Made by a program: the position numbers and the translations under genes. 64,000 bases of DNA from the NCBI GenBank assembly GCA_965240325.2, contig OZ251248.1:434001-498000 (forward strand). Reading direction: 5' to 3'. Shown here piece by piece: positions 47,601 through 60,894 of this stretch. This stretch comes from Rebecca billardiae RCC1528 (lineage: Eukaryota; Protista; Haptophyta). The stretch's first letter is position 1. The number at the start of each line of letters is the position of its first letter. The notes under the pieces were generated by a model that had not been told where the DNA came from, made no database searches, and saw nothing but the letters and a program-made list of their open reading frames with translations.

Positions 47601-48012
47601 GGACACGCTGCTCGAGGCCCAGCTCGGCGTGGTCGGCACTGTCGGCGGCCTCCGCCGGCGCACCGAACAGCGCCGAGCCGCCATGCTGCGCGCCCGGAGC
47701 CTCGTCTGCGCCCGAGCTCTTGAGCGACGGCGCGGGCGTCGTCGCAGCGCTCGACGTCGGCGAGGTGAAGGCGGAGCTGCCGATCAGGTCGACGGCGTGC
47801 GCGTCGGCGAGCTCGGCGAAACGGCGCGTGTGCTTCTCCACGTCGGGCGCCGAGGCCCAAGCGGACAGCATCGCGAGCGGCAGGTCCGCGTCGAACGCGG
47901 CGTCGGCGTCTGAAGGCCGCTCGCGCCGCGGCCCGTCCATCAGCTTGCTGCGGAGGTGGTCGTCGGCGGTGCCGACGCCATTGCGCGATAGGAGGAAGGA
48001 CTGCTCCCGCAT
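44649..48012 (-). CDS. Pumilio/PUF RNA-binding protein, classical type, 4 exons
   Basis: Eight PUF repeats: DQLGSRWVQ, FGNYVVH, SCRVVQ, DQNGNHVIQ, HSYGCRVLQ, DQYGNFVMQ, HKYASNVVE, DQFGNYVIQ, then HGKHIL. Low-complexity N-terminus. Confidence 0.92.
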
Positions 48013-48878
48013 GCTCGCGCGGGCGAGCACTCAGTCACGCGCTCAGGCGGCGCGCGCCCCGGAAGCGGCTGGTTGCGTCGGCCGCGGCGGCTGGCTCACC
48101 GGTCCCGGGACTTGCAAGTCGGCACGGCCAAGCGTCGCGGCCAATCGCGGTCTTTCCCTCCAAACCTCATATCCACGTGTCGCGCGGGGAGAATGAGAGA
48201 TCAGACTTGGAGCCAGTAAGCGAGCCTGACGACTTTGCGACTGATTGGCGGATTTGTAGTCCATCAGACGATTCGGAGCTTCAGGATGATGAAGCGCCCG
48301 GGGAACCACCCGCACCCGTACGACAACCGAAAAGCAATCAACTCCTCGCAATTCGCAAAAGTCAGAATGAGCCGGTCTTCTTTGGTATTCATCGAACCCG
48401 CATCACCTTGAATACGATCATAGAATGAGTAAAAAGCTGACGAAGGGATATTCCGATCGGAATATTTGCGCGATCAATGTTACGCGGCTCACGTTTTGGC
48501 CGTTGGCACTTTTCGCGCCAAACGTCATGTAATCAACCCGCCGCACCCGGACGCCAGTTGCCACGGCCGGCACGCGTGTGGCGGGGGCCTAGCGCGGGGG
48601 CCAAGGGCACTTGGCTGCCCGCCCCGGGTCCGCTCGATGCGCGTGATGACTCCGGCACCGTCGTCAGCGTTCTCATAGTGTCCGCTCAACGGTGTCCCGG
48701 CCGATATCGCGGCCCTTCGGTCCTTCGGATTCGGCCGCCGCCGACGCCGCGCGGTACGTACTGTAGTCTGTGTACCGTGCTCTGTAGCTGAATCACAGTG
48801 CAGCGAGCGGCATCGCGATAGCGCGCAGCTCGACGCGCCGGCGGCCCGGACCGCGCGCGCAGCGCAGTCAGCCCTTCG

Positions 48879-51800
48879 TCAGCTGCGCTCGACCGCGACG
48901 GCGAGCTGCGGGAACCGTTTGAGCAGCTTTGCCTGGATGCGCTTGCCATACAGCGTGTCTCGGAGGCCGCCCATGTGCGGCCCGACTCGCTCGAGGAGCA
49001 GCTTGAGCTCGGCGTCGGACCCGACCTGCAGGATGCGCTGCACGACGTAGTTGCCGAACGGGTCGTGCAGCAGCGAGCTCAGACTGTCCGCCTCGAGCAG
49101 CTCGGTGATCACCATCGACACCGCCTCCTCGTCCTGCGCGCGCGCGCGTGGCCGGCGGCGCGTCGCGGGCGGCCGGCGGCGCGTCGCGGGCGGGCGGGAT
49201 GGCGCGCGGCATGCGCGGCGGGTGAGCGCCCTGCGGCCCGTGGCGCGCTGCCGGGCGGCGCCGCCCGCACGGCGGGCGGCGGGGCGGGCGCGTGCCCGCC
49301 CGCGGCGATGAACGATGGGGCTAGGCGCCCCACGCCCCCGCCTCCGCGCGCACGCGCGCGCGCGCACCCCGGACGTGAGGCATTTTTCGATCACGTTCGA
49401 GGAGAACTTCTGCGTCGCGAGCTCGGCGATGCTGCCTCGGATGGCGGCGGCAACCTTGCGCGTCAGCGCGGGCGCCTTGAGCTGGAGGACGTACTGCACG
49501 ACGTAGTTGCCGTACGGGTCGGCGATGAGCTCGGCGGTGTGCTCGACCACCTGCGCGCGCGCGCACGCGCCCGCCGAGCGCGCCGTGCGCCGCCGAGTGG
49601 AAGCGCGACGCGGTGAGCGCGCGGCGGGCTCGGGCGCAGCGCGCAGGCAGGCGCGCGCGCGCGCGCGGCGGCGCGCTTCGGCGCGCGGCCGGCGCGCACA
49701 TCGGTGATGAGGTTGTCCCGCCGCTGCCCCGTCGCGTTGTCCAGGCAGCGCTGCAGCACGCAGCACCCGTGCCTGTGAGTGCCCACCTCGACAAACGCGC
49801 GCCGCACCGCGTCGACCACAAAATGGGTGTGCTCTTCGCCGAGCGTCGCCACGCAGCGCTGGATGACGTGGTTGGCGTTCTGGTCCTTGACCAGCTCGTC
49901 GACGCGCGGGCGGAGCGCGTTGGCGATCACCTCGTGCGCGCGCGGCTCGCGCAGGCTCTCGAGCAGCCGCTGCACGGAGCGCGTGCCTGCGCGCGCGCAG
50001 CACACGCGGAGGCGCGCGCGGCGCCAGCGGTGGACAGCGGTTAGGCTCCGCCGCTCGGCCGGCTGGCGGGCGCCGAGCGCCGAGCGCCGCCACCGCACCA
50101 CGCAGCGCAGTGGCTCCCGCGGGCCCCGACCGACGCGCAGGGCGCACGCGTGCGCGCTCGCGGGCCCTCCGCCCGCCCGCCCACCCGCGCGCGCGGGCGT
50201 GCGCGCGCGCGCACCGTGAACGTTCAGAGAAATGTCCGCGAGCGCGGGCGCGATCCGGGTGATGATCTCGAGCTGCTGCTCCGGCCCGGAGTACTGGGCG
50301 ACTTTCTGGCAGAGGTAGTTGCCGAAGGGGTCGACCATCAGCCGCTCAAAGTCCGGGAGCAGCAGCTCGAGCATCAGCCCGAGCGCCTTCTGCGGCGCAT
50401 GCTCCAGCTGCTCCTGCAAGAAGCGGCAGCCATGCTGATCGAGCGCGAGCTCGCACACGCCGCCCAGGGCGCACACCTCCTCCAGGGTGAACACCTCCTG
50501 CCCGCCGACGAGCAGCCGCTTGGGCGCGCGCTCGCGAGGCTCGGCGGCGGCGAGGCGCTCGGCGCGATCCGCGCGCTCGGCGCCGCGCGCGCCGCCGCCG
50601 TCGCCGCCGCCGTCGCCGCGCGAGTGCCGGCCGCCGCCGCCGCCGCCGCCGCCAGCGACAGCACGGCCGGTCGCGGCGCCGCCGTCGCCGCCGTGATGCC
50701 TCTGCTGCGCGCCCGCCATCCCGCCACCTCCTCTCCCGGGCATCCAGCCCGCGCCCTGCGGCTGCTGCGCCATCTGCGAGGGCATGTACACCGAGCCGCC
50801 CATCCCGCCCATCCCGCCCATCCCCATGTGCCCGCCGCCCGCGCCGCCCATCATCATGCCCGGGCTGAGCATCTGGCCGGCGCCGGGCGCGCCCATCTGG
50901 TGCTGCGCCGCGTGCATCGCGTGCATGCCGCCCATCCCGTCGCCGCCGCCCTGCGGGCTGGCGTAGTGGCCGCCCGCGCCGTACTGCGCGGCGGGCGGCG
51001 CCCAGTGCTGCTGCGCGTACGCCGGCATGCCGTACGGCTGCGCGGCGCCGTACGGAGCTCCGGCGTACATTTGCTGGCCGGCCGCGTACATTGGGTGCAG
51101 CCCGTGCGCGCCCGGCGGCAGCATGCCGGGCATGCCGGGCTGCATGCCGGGCATCGGCATCATCGGGCCGCCCATGTGCTGCGGCACCATGCCGTGCGCG
51201 CCCATCGCGCCCATGTGCACCGGCTGCATGCCCATGCCCATGCCCATCTGCCCCGCCATCGCGCCCGGCACGCAGGACATGGCCATCGGCATCATGGCCG
51301 AATGCATCGCGCCCGCCATCTGCTGCTGCTGCTGCTGCAGCGCGTACGCGTGGTGGTGCGCGGCGGGCACGTCCTCACCGTCCGCGCCACCGCCCGTACT
51401 GCGCCGCCCGCCCACGCCGCCGTCGCGCCGCACGCCGCCGCTGTCCGAGCCGCCGCCGTGCCCGTGGCCGTCCGCGCGGCCGTGCCCTTGCTGCGAGCGG
51501 CGCGCGTGGTGCTGCTGCTTGGCCGCGTGCTGCGCGTGCGAGTCGCGGGACGAGCCGATGCGCAGCTCGGCGACGCTCGGCGGCTCGCCCGACTGCGCGC
51601 TCAGGCCGGGCGAGCCCGACGCCGACCCCGGCAGCCGCAGCGGCTCGCCGTCGTCGTCCTCGGCGAGACTCGACGATGGCGAGCGCCGGCGGTCGCGCCG
51701 GCCGTGGTGGTCGTGCCAGCTCGGCAGCGAGTGGAACTCGCTGGGCAGCGTGGGCCGGTCGCGGTAGATACCCACGCCGCCGTCACCACCGAGCGAGAGC

Positions 51801-52219
51801 GGCAGGTCCGAGCCCTGCAGCAGGTAGTTGAGCGAGAAGGACGCCGGCACGCCGCTCGGCTTGTACGTGCCGTTCCCGATCGTCCCGAACGCGCCCGGCC
51901 GGCGGCCGCCGCCGCTGCTGTCGCCGCCGGAGAGCTGCGGCGCGGGCGTGGGGCCGTCGAGCACGGACGATGTCTCCGGCGAGGACATGTCCGACAGGTT
52001 CGCGATCGTCGGCAGCACGGTGAACGTGCGAGCGGCCGAGACGCGGCCGTCGGTCAGCGTGCCGCCACGCGCGCGCGCACCCGGCCGCTCACCGTCGAGC
52101 TTGGCGAGCAGGTTGGAGTACTGCTGCGTGTTGAAGGCGAAGAGGCTCTGCACGCCTTCGTCGAGCGGCGCGGGGCCCGCCTTCGCCCGCTCGCGGCCCT
52201 CGTCGCCTCCGTCCGCCAT
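48879..52219 (-). CDS. Pumilio/PUF RNA-binding protein, Puf4/Mpt5/APUM7-like type, 4 exons
   Basis: DQHGCRFLQ, DPFGNYLCQ, HG/TRSVQ, DQNANHVIQ, HRHGCCVLQ, DPYGNYVVQ, QKFSSNVIE, DPFGNYVVQ, YGKRIQ. G/M/Q-rich N-terminus. Confidence 0.92.
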
Positions 52220-52584
52220 TAATGCGGCTCGCCCAACTTCCGCCACAATCCACGGGCTGGGTGTTGAGCCGCGTCTCTGAGGAGCTGGCGTTGGAGATGC
52301 GAAGTTTCAAGTTGACGAGACGTGAGAATGTCATTGGTTCGCATCGGAGGCGGGTGCGAAGATCATAGCCCGAGTATGACTCGCCATATGACCATGGCCT
52401 GGGCTCACATACTCAGCTGAGTATGTATCAGTGATCCTCGATGACATCATTTCAGCTGGCGACTACTATTCATTGGGATTCATTACTGTACCGGTTCCTG
52501 ATGATATAGTCAGGTCGGCGAATAGAACCGATCCGCACCGCTCTGCATCAGCATGCCGGTCGTCGCCAGCACGATGAGTTCTGA

Positions 52585-53701
52585 CAAGGGCGGTAAGGGC
52601 TGCGAATTCCCAGTGCCGCGAGTGAGAGGAGGTTGGTTATCGATCAACGCGTGCGCCCTCGCGGCGCAGCGGCTAAGTCTCCTGGGGCGCCGCCCTGGAG
52701 GGCGCGTGGGGTGCGCACGCCGCGTGCTCCTGCGCCCGCGGCAGCGGCCGCGGACACGGCGCGCGTGGTTGGTCGCATGCTAGACAGCACGAAGTACCCT
52801 CCCACGCCGCGCGCCGCGCTCGCCGGCGCCCTCGCCGTGCCTCAGGCCAGCCCGCGCCCGCGCGCCGCACCAAGAGCCAGCCGTGGCCACGCGCCGGCCG
52901 CCAGCGCGCGCGCGGTGCGCGGTGCGGGCGCGCGCCCGGGGCGAGGCTCGTGTACGATCGGCGCGCGCCATGCCGCCACGCGTCGCCGAACACGAGCTTG
53001 ATCACGTTCCACGCGGCTGCTGATGGGTGCTCGTCGAGCATTCCTCAGCCATCAGAAATGAGCTTGGACAAGCGGCTGTGAGCGCGTCAGTGCGAGGAAT
53101 GCGACGACTTGGCGACTCTTGCGCCATCATAGGATGCCAATCGTTCACACATCAGTGGTCTGCGCATGTCTATCGCGCTTCGCTGCCTTCCCGTGATCGT
53201 CTCAACATGAGCATCTTCAAACTTGGCAATGCACACTCGACAGCATGAAAACGCGTGCGCGCCGACCCATGCGGCCGCCAGCGTGGCGGCGCGTGGCGGC
53301 ATGGCGCGCGCCGATCGTACACGAGCCTCGCCCCGGGCGCGCGCCCGCACCGCGCCGACCGCACCGCGCACCGCGCGCGCGCTGGCGGCCGGCGCGTGGC
53401 CACGGCTGGCTCTTGGTGCGGCGCGCGGGCGCGGGCTGGCCTGAGGCACGGCGAGGGCGCCGGCGAGCGCGGCGCGCGGCGTGGGAGGGTACTACGTGCT
53501 GTCTAGCATGCGACCAACCACGCGCGCCGTGTCCGCGGCCGCTGCCGCGGGCGCAGGAGCACGCGGCGTGCGCACCCCACGCGCCCTCCAGGGCGGCGTC
53601 CCAGGAGACTTAGCCGCTGCGCCGCGAGGGCGCACGAGTTGATCGATAACCAACCTCCTCTCACTCGCGGCACTGGGAGTTCGCAGCCCTTACCGCCCTT
53701 G
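52585..53701. mobile_element. Foldback element with ~400-bp TIRs and 7-bp TSD (P-element-like ends)
   Basis: GTTCTGA|CAAGGGCGGTAAGGGCTGCGAA...TTCGCAGCCCTTACCGCCCTTG|GTTCTGA. 52585-~52982 is the near-perfect reverse complement of ~53289-53701. Confidence 0.9.
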
Positions 53702-54879
53702 GTTCTGAGTTCTCACTGGGCACCGCGCTCATGGCCAAGCTCGCGTAGAGCGGGCTTGCAGCCACATACCGCCCTGCACTGTTGTCATCCCTGCGAGCGA
53801 CAGGGTAGTCTACCTTGTCACGGCTGAACGTGTCGGTGTACAGTCAAAAGTGGTGCGCGTGAAGGCTACCCACCGGGTGGCATGTGCGCTTCTCATCCGG
53901 AGCACGCGCGGTTCAGAGAGATCACCCCCGCCCTATCAGTATCACTCCACAATGCTAGACTCTCAACTCTCAGGTCTGAGACTATGCTCCGCGAAGCTGG
54001 CGCCTGTGGCGTTGCGGCCGAGGCGTATCCGAGTGAAACAACTCACACGGACTCAGTTCCCAGCGGACTCGTCAAAATCACGAAATCCTCTGGCGGCACG
54101 GCGGCCACGGCATCGCACCCGACGACCCGAGCCTCCACCGCACAACGGCACAAGCCCAGTAATAGTTCCTTTTAGAACTACGCCTCCGACACCCGCGGTC
54201 CCGGTCGGACTGACAGGCCCAGGCCAGGCAGCCGAATGCTCGACGCCATCAGCGGCCCGAGGCTTCAGAGCAGCACGCGCGGCGGGCATCGGAGGCCAGG
54301 CCAACGCGCCGTTCCAAGCTGGGTGGGGCGGGCCGCGCCGGGCGGGCTGCGATCTCTTGACAGTGAGAGCACGGTGGCGGAGGCCATCGTGAGCCGGGAC
54401 CTACAATAAAAGCGAAATCGCGACTCGCCGACGGAGGGAAATTCCGATGTCGGTTTCCCGCTGGGCCTCGTGAACGGTAGTTAGAGCTCCACAAGGCCCG
54501 TCAATATGGGCACTTTCCCTATTCGGTGGTATTCGGCGTGGGCGAGCGAACGTTTCGCCCCTAGGTGAGCGGGTAAAGCAGGTGGCCCTCGAGCAGTCGA
54601 GCACGTTTGGCGTTTGTGTCGGGCCCTTTGGTGAGGGCGGCCGCGACAAGGCCGCCCCCGCGTGGGGAAGATACAGGTGCGTGCGCGCGCTCGGGGCGGC
54701 GTGCGGGCGGCCCGTGGCGTGGCCGGCGTGATCACCATCCACGCCTCCGCTTGGCGCGCGCCGGCTTCGCTCGCGCGCGGCGCTGCGCGCGCGCGGCGTG
54801 ATCGCGTCTCGCCCTGCCGCCCCACTCGCGCCGCCAATCGCGCCGCCGCGCGCAGGTGGAGGTCTTGCCCGTCGTGGAC

Positions 54880-57800
54880 ATGTCGGGTGACGAGGAGGAG
54901 GCGTCGCAGTCGTCCGCGCAGCCCGTGAGGGCCGCGCGGCCCGTCGCTGCGCCGTCTGAGAGTGCGCCGCGGATCAGCGCCGCGGCGGAGGACGGAGCCA
55001 GAGCCAGCCCGTCCGGCAGCGCGCAGGAGCCGCTCCCGGGCGCGGGCTCGGCGGAGGGCAGCGCGGCGGGCGCGGGCGCGGGCGCGGAGGGTAGCGAGAG
55101 CGGCGGTGGCACGCCGAGCTCGGCCGTCGGCCCCGCGCCGAGCGCGCCGCCGCCCGCGGCGGGCGGCGGCGGCCCGGCGCACCTGAGCCGCGTGACGACC
55201 CCGGGCGGCACGGGCGGCGCGCCGGAGAATTTGCTCGACGTGATCGACGGGACGCTGCTGGCGGAGGACACGTACGAGCACCAGATCGTGCTCTGCTGCC
55301 TGCCCGCGTCGCACCCGCTCCGCCGCCTCGCCATCGACCTGATGCGCAGCCCGTGGTTTGACCGCGTGATCATGTCGCTCATCCTCGCCAACTGCGTTCA
55401 GATGGCGGTGCAGGACCCGCTGATGGACACGAACTCGCAGCGGTACGTGGAGTGGCAGGCGTTCAACCTGTACTTCGACACGGGGATGATCACCGCCTTC
55501 ACCGTCGAGATGACCGTCAAGATCCTCGCGATGGGCTTTGCGTTCCACCGGCAGGCGTATTTGCGCGACGCGTGGAACTGGATCGATTTTGTGTGCGTCG
55601 TGTCCGGGCTGCTCGACCTGGTGACGAACTACGTGGGCGGCGCGAACGGCGCGGGCGCGCTCACCGCGCTCCGCGCCGTGCGCGTGCTCCGGCCGCTGCG
55701 CACGCTCACGCGCATGCGCGGCATGCGCAACCTGATCGCGTGCCTGCTCAGCTCGATCCCGCAGCTGTCGAACGTGGTGGGCATTCTCTTCTTCCTGCTC
55801 GCCATCTTCGGCATCATCGGCGTGCAGCTGTTCCAGGGGAAGCTGCGGCACCAGTGCTGGGGGCCGACGGACGAGTCGGCGTGGGGGCCGACGGGCGACG
55901 TGTGCAACCCGTTCGGCGACCCGCTCACCTACTCGTGCCCCGCGCCGTACGAGTGCCGCTGCGGCGTCTCGGGTGAGGTCGCGCTCGACGCGAGCGGCGC
56001 GTCGCGCTGCAAGCGCTCGGACAACCCCAACTTCGGGATCAACCACTTCGACCACTTCTGGGGCGCGTTCATCACGATCTTCCAGTCGATCACGCTCGAG
56101 GGCTGGGTGGACAACATGTACATGGTGCAGGACGGCGTGAACGAGTACATGTGGATCTACTTTCTGTTCATCGTCACGTTTGGCGCGTTCCTCGTCGTGC
56201 AGCTCTTCCTGGTGGTCCTCTCCGACACCTTCTCGAGCGTCTCGCACGACGACGCGCGGATGGAGGCGGAGGAGAAGGCGGAGGAGGAGAAGGCGGCCGC
56301 GGCGCACGCCGACGGCGCGGGCGGCGCCGCGGCCGGCTCGTTCAAGTCCGAGATGCCCGCCGAGTACACGGACGAGGACGGCGACGGCATCATGGACCTC
56401 GACGTCGCGCGCATGGGCTGGGCGCAGAAGCACGCGTACCAGATCGTGACGCAGCCCTTCTTCACGACGTTCATCCTCGGGATGATCGTGGTGAACACGA
56501 TCACGATGTGCTGCGAGTACTTCGAGCAGCCCGCGGACGAGGCCTTCGTCTTCTCCATCATCAACTTCGTGCTGACCGCCATCTTCACGGTCGAGATTGT
56601 GCTCAAGCTGCTCGCGATGGGGTGGGCGAACTGCATGCGCGACACGTTCAACCGGTTCGACGCGATCGTGGTGGCGCTCTCGCTGGTGGAGGTGGCGCTG
56701 CAGGTGGCGGGCGCGGGGGTGGTCAACCTCGCCGTGCTCCGCACCTTCCGCCTCCTCCGCCTCGTGCGCGTCTTCAAGGTGATGCGCTCGCTCGAGGGGC
56801 TGCACCACGTGATGCAGGCGCTGCTCTCCTCGCTGCGCTCCGTCTCCTCGCTCGCGGTGCTGCTGCTGCTGCTCGTGGTGGTGTTCGCGCTGCTCGGGAT
56901 GGAGCTCTTCGGCGGGATCTACACGCCGCCGCCCTTCGGGCGCAACGCCAACTACGACGGCGGCGAGTCGCCCCGCGCCAACTTTGACGGCTTCGGCATG
57001 TCGTGCCTTTCTATCTTCATCGTGCTCTCGGGCGAGAACTGGAACGAGGTCTACTTCGACACGGCGAACGGGCTGCAGACGATGTACGAGCAGGAGGGGT
57101 ACCGCGAGATCGCGACGCTGTACTTCCTCACGCTCTTCCTGCTGGGCAACTACGTCGTCTTCAACCTCTTCGTCGCCATCATCCTGCTCAACATCGACGT
57201 GGTCGAGGAGGCGGAGATGACGGAGGAGGAGCGAGCCGCCAAGATCGACGACTCGGGCAAGGTCGTGTTCGCGTTCGGCGGGCTCGTGCAGGTGGCGGAC
57301 GACGTGGTCGACGCGATCGGCGACGCGGCGTCGTCGTCGCTCTCGCGCCTGATCCAGCTCAACGCGAAGCCGCTCATCGCCGACCGCGGCCCGGTGGGCG
57401 ACAAGTCGGGGCGCGAGCTGCGCGGCGGCGCGGGCGCGCTCTTTGCGCGCTCGCGCACGCGCGGCGTGAAGGCGGTCGGCTCGGGCGCGGACACGCCGAC
57501 GAAGCGCGAGATGTCGGGCGACATGCGGCGGCGCACGGAGGACGGCGGCTCGTTCGTCTGGCCCGAGGACAGCCCCGCCGACCGCTCGCTCTTCCTCTTC
57601 CCGTGGTCGCACCCCGTGCGGCGCGCGTGCGCGCTCGTCGTGTGGCACCCGATGTTCGACCGGATGATCCTCGCGCTCATCTTCGCCTCGTCGATCGCGC
57701 TGGCGTTCGAGACGCCGGACAAGTCGGCGGAGACGGAGGCGGCGCTGTTCATCCTGAACTGGATCTTCACCGTCGTCTTCTTCGTCGAGATGATCCTCAA

Positions 57801-60428
57801 GGTCGTCGTCCTCGGCTTTGTCGCGCCCAAGCCGACCGCGTACCTGCGCTCCGCGTGGAACGTGCTTGACTTTTGCATCGTCGTGATCTCGTGCGTGCTC
57901 CTCGCGCTCGAGTACGGCGACGGGCTGTCGACGGGGCAGCTCTCGTGGCTCAAGGCGCTGCGCGTCGTGCGCACGCTGCGCCCGCTGCGCATGGTCACGC
58001 GCATGGCCGGCATGAAGCAGGTCGTCAACTCGCTCATCGCCGCCGTGCCGCAGTGCGGCAACGTCGCAATGCTCATGTGCCTGTTCGTGCTGATCTTCTC
58101 GATCATCGGCGTGCAGCTCTTCAAGGGCAAGTTCTACTCGTGCACGGACGAGCGCTGGCTCACCGCGGCGGAGTGCGCGGCGAACGGCGGGCGCTGGGTC
58201 AACCCGCCCTTCGGCAACTTCGACAACGTCGGCTTCGGCGTGCTGCTGCTGCTCGAGATGGCCGGGCTCGAGGGCTGGCCCGACGTCATGTTCACCGGGA
58301 TGGCGGTCACAGAGGAGTACCACGCGCCCGTGCGCGACGACCGCGACCCGAAGGTGGCGTACTCGCTGTACTTCGTGATCTGGATCTTCGCGGGCGCATT
58401 CCTCGTGTGGAACATGTTCGTCGGCGTCGTGCTCGACACGTTCAACCAGATCCGCAAGAAGGACGACGGCGCGGCGTTCATGTCTCCCGCGCAGCGCGAC
58501 TGGATGGAGGCGCAGCGCGCCGTGTACGCGATGCGCCCGCTCAAGGTGGCGGAGTGCCCGTCGGCGAGCCCGCTGCGCCAGCGCGTGTTCAAGGTGATCC
58601 AGGCGCAGTGGTTCGAGATCACCATCATGTGCATGATCCTGCTCAACGTCATCGCGATGATGCTCGACTGGCACGACAAGCCGCCTGACTACGCGTACGC
58701 GCTGCGCATTATTAACTACTTCTTCACGATCTTCTTCTTCCTCGAGATGGCGCTCAAGCTGACGGGGCTCGGCGTGAAGCAGTACATCACGAACGCGTGG
58801 AACGCGTTCGACGCGCTGCTCGTCACCGTCTCGATGATCGACCTCCTCTTCGAGCTCGCGGGCGACCTGCTCGTCGCGCCGATCAACCCGAACATTCTGC
58901 GCGTGCTCAGAATGTTCCGCGTCGTGCGCATCCTGCGCGTCGTCAAGACGGCCAAGGGGCTGCGCACGCTGCTCGTCACGCTGTGGACGTCGCTGCCCGC
59001 GCTGCAGAACGTGATGCTGCTGCTCGGGCTCATCATGTTCATCTACGCGATCGCAGGCGCGCGCGCCGCGCCGCGCCGCGCCCTGCGGCGCGCGCGCGCC
59101 GCCGCGCCCGGAGCGCGCCGCCTGACAGCGCCCATCACTCGCTCGGCCGCCCCTCCTCCCCCCCCCCCGCATCGCCGCGTGCGCCGCGGGGTGGCGGCGC
59201 AGGCATGCTCATGTTCCACAACGTGCCCTTCGGCGACTGCCTCAACCGGCACGCCAACTTCCGCACGTTCTGGATGGCGCTGCTCACGCTGTTCCGCTGC
59301 TCGACCGGCGAGTCGTGGAACTGCATCATGCACGACGCGATGGGTGCGGAGTGGGGCGACAACGCGGCGCGGTGCGAGGGCGAGGTGTGCGGCTCGACGC
59401 CGCTCGCCGCGGGCTACTTCCTCTCGTACTACATCGTCGGCCAGGCGATCCTGCTCAACCTGGTGATCGGCGTCATTCTCGAGAACTTCTCCGCGATCGG
59501 CTCGGAGAACAAGCCCATCACCGTGGAGCAGCTCGAGGTGCGGGCCGCGCCGCGCCGCGCGCCCGGCGCGCGGCGCGCGGGGCGCGCGCGGCGTGTGGCC
59601 GCGCGCCGCGCGCCGCGCACGTGCGCCCGCTCACGGCGCCGCCGCTCCGCCGCGCGCACACACAGGAGTTCCGCGAGATCTGGCTGCGGTACGACCCAAA
59701 GGCTACTTACGTGATCCCGTCCTACCAGCTGCTGCCGCTCATCTCGCAGCTGAGCTACCCGCTCGGGCTGGGCGGGCGCAAGCCGGCCGCGAGCCGCGCG
59801 CAGCTGCTCAAGTTCATGCGCAAAATCGACATCCCCGACCACAACGGCGAGATCCACTTCATCGAGACGATCACGGCGATCGCCAACTCGATCTGCGGCG
59901 TGCCGCTGCCGATCTGCGACGAGACGTTCAAAATCGTGCGCCGCCCGGCCGCGCCCGGCCGCGCCGCCGCGACGCCGGCCGCGACGCGCCACGCGCGCGC
60001 GCGCGCGCCGCCGCGGGGCTGCCGCGGCTCACGCGCGCGGCGCTCGCGCGCCCGCCCGCGCGCGCGCGCGCGACGGAGCACAGGCGCAGCAGGCGGAGAA
60101 GGTGCCAAAGGACCCGCGCTCCCTCGGCGCCCCCGACAACAACGCGATGACTTCCTACCTCGTCTCGCTGCTGCAGCACCGGTACCGCAACTACCACGCG
60201 CAGAAGCAGTGGGAGATGGACATCAACGCGACCGGCGCGCGCGCGGTCGAGAGCATGGACGACGTGGACGCGTCCGACTTTGGGCGCAGCACTGGCACGG
60301 AGCGCTCGCGCTCGCATCAGAACAGCGCGGCGGGCGCTGGCATGAGCGGCGTGACGCGCTTCCTCAGCGGCAGCGGCAGCAAGTCGGCACAGGTGGTGCC
60401 GGCAAGACAAACAGCGGGCGGCAGCTGA
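54880..60428 (+). CDS. Four-domain voltage-gated Ca2+ channel alpha-1 subunit (introns 59057-59202 GC-AG, 59538-59665, 59936-60083)
   Basis: Four S4 segments (e.g. LRAVRVLRPLRTLTR, LRTFRLLRLVRVFK). Pore loops TLEGW, SGENW, GLEGW, TGESW (EEEE). EF-hand-like and IQ-like (LQHRYRNY) C-terminus. Probable upstream intron 54677-54855. Confidence 0.95.
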
Positions 60429-60894
60429 CGCCGCGCAGTCGGCGCGCAGATATTGCCTAGTGGCGGCGGATGCCCGCTCCATATATATATATATACATCA
60501 TATATATATATATTATATTCGCGCGTCATCGATATATGTGGCGTTATAACGCAGTTAATAACCGAATGTGTCGGGAGGCTGGAAGGTGATGCGTCGCAGT
60601 GTCGTGACAGCCAAGGCCAAGGGCCTCCATCGTCTACCTGATCCTGCAGGTAGTTGCTTCGTGCTGGTACGGCGCTCGAGATCATATCCAAGATCATCTG
60701 CAGTCATCCGAGTGGCAGCTTTCCAGTTCATCAAGCAACTAACCAGTCGAGCTCACACAAATCGGCACTTTACGACCTTTCGCGCCGAGCTCACAAGCTG
60801 CTCATCAGTTACTGCCAGTCGGCCCCTTGCCTCATCATCAGCAAACGAGGCCCCATCTCCTTCGCCGTCGCGTGCTTCTTTGCTCGTGCTCGCT

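Noticed and set aside
54481-59172. 1563-aa minus-strand ORF
   Set aside because: Antisense shadow of the Ca2+ channel.
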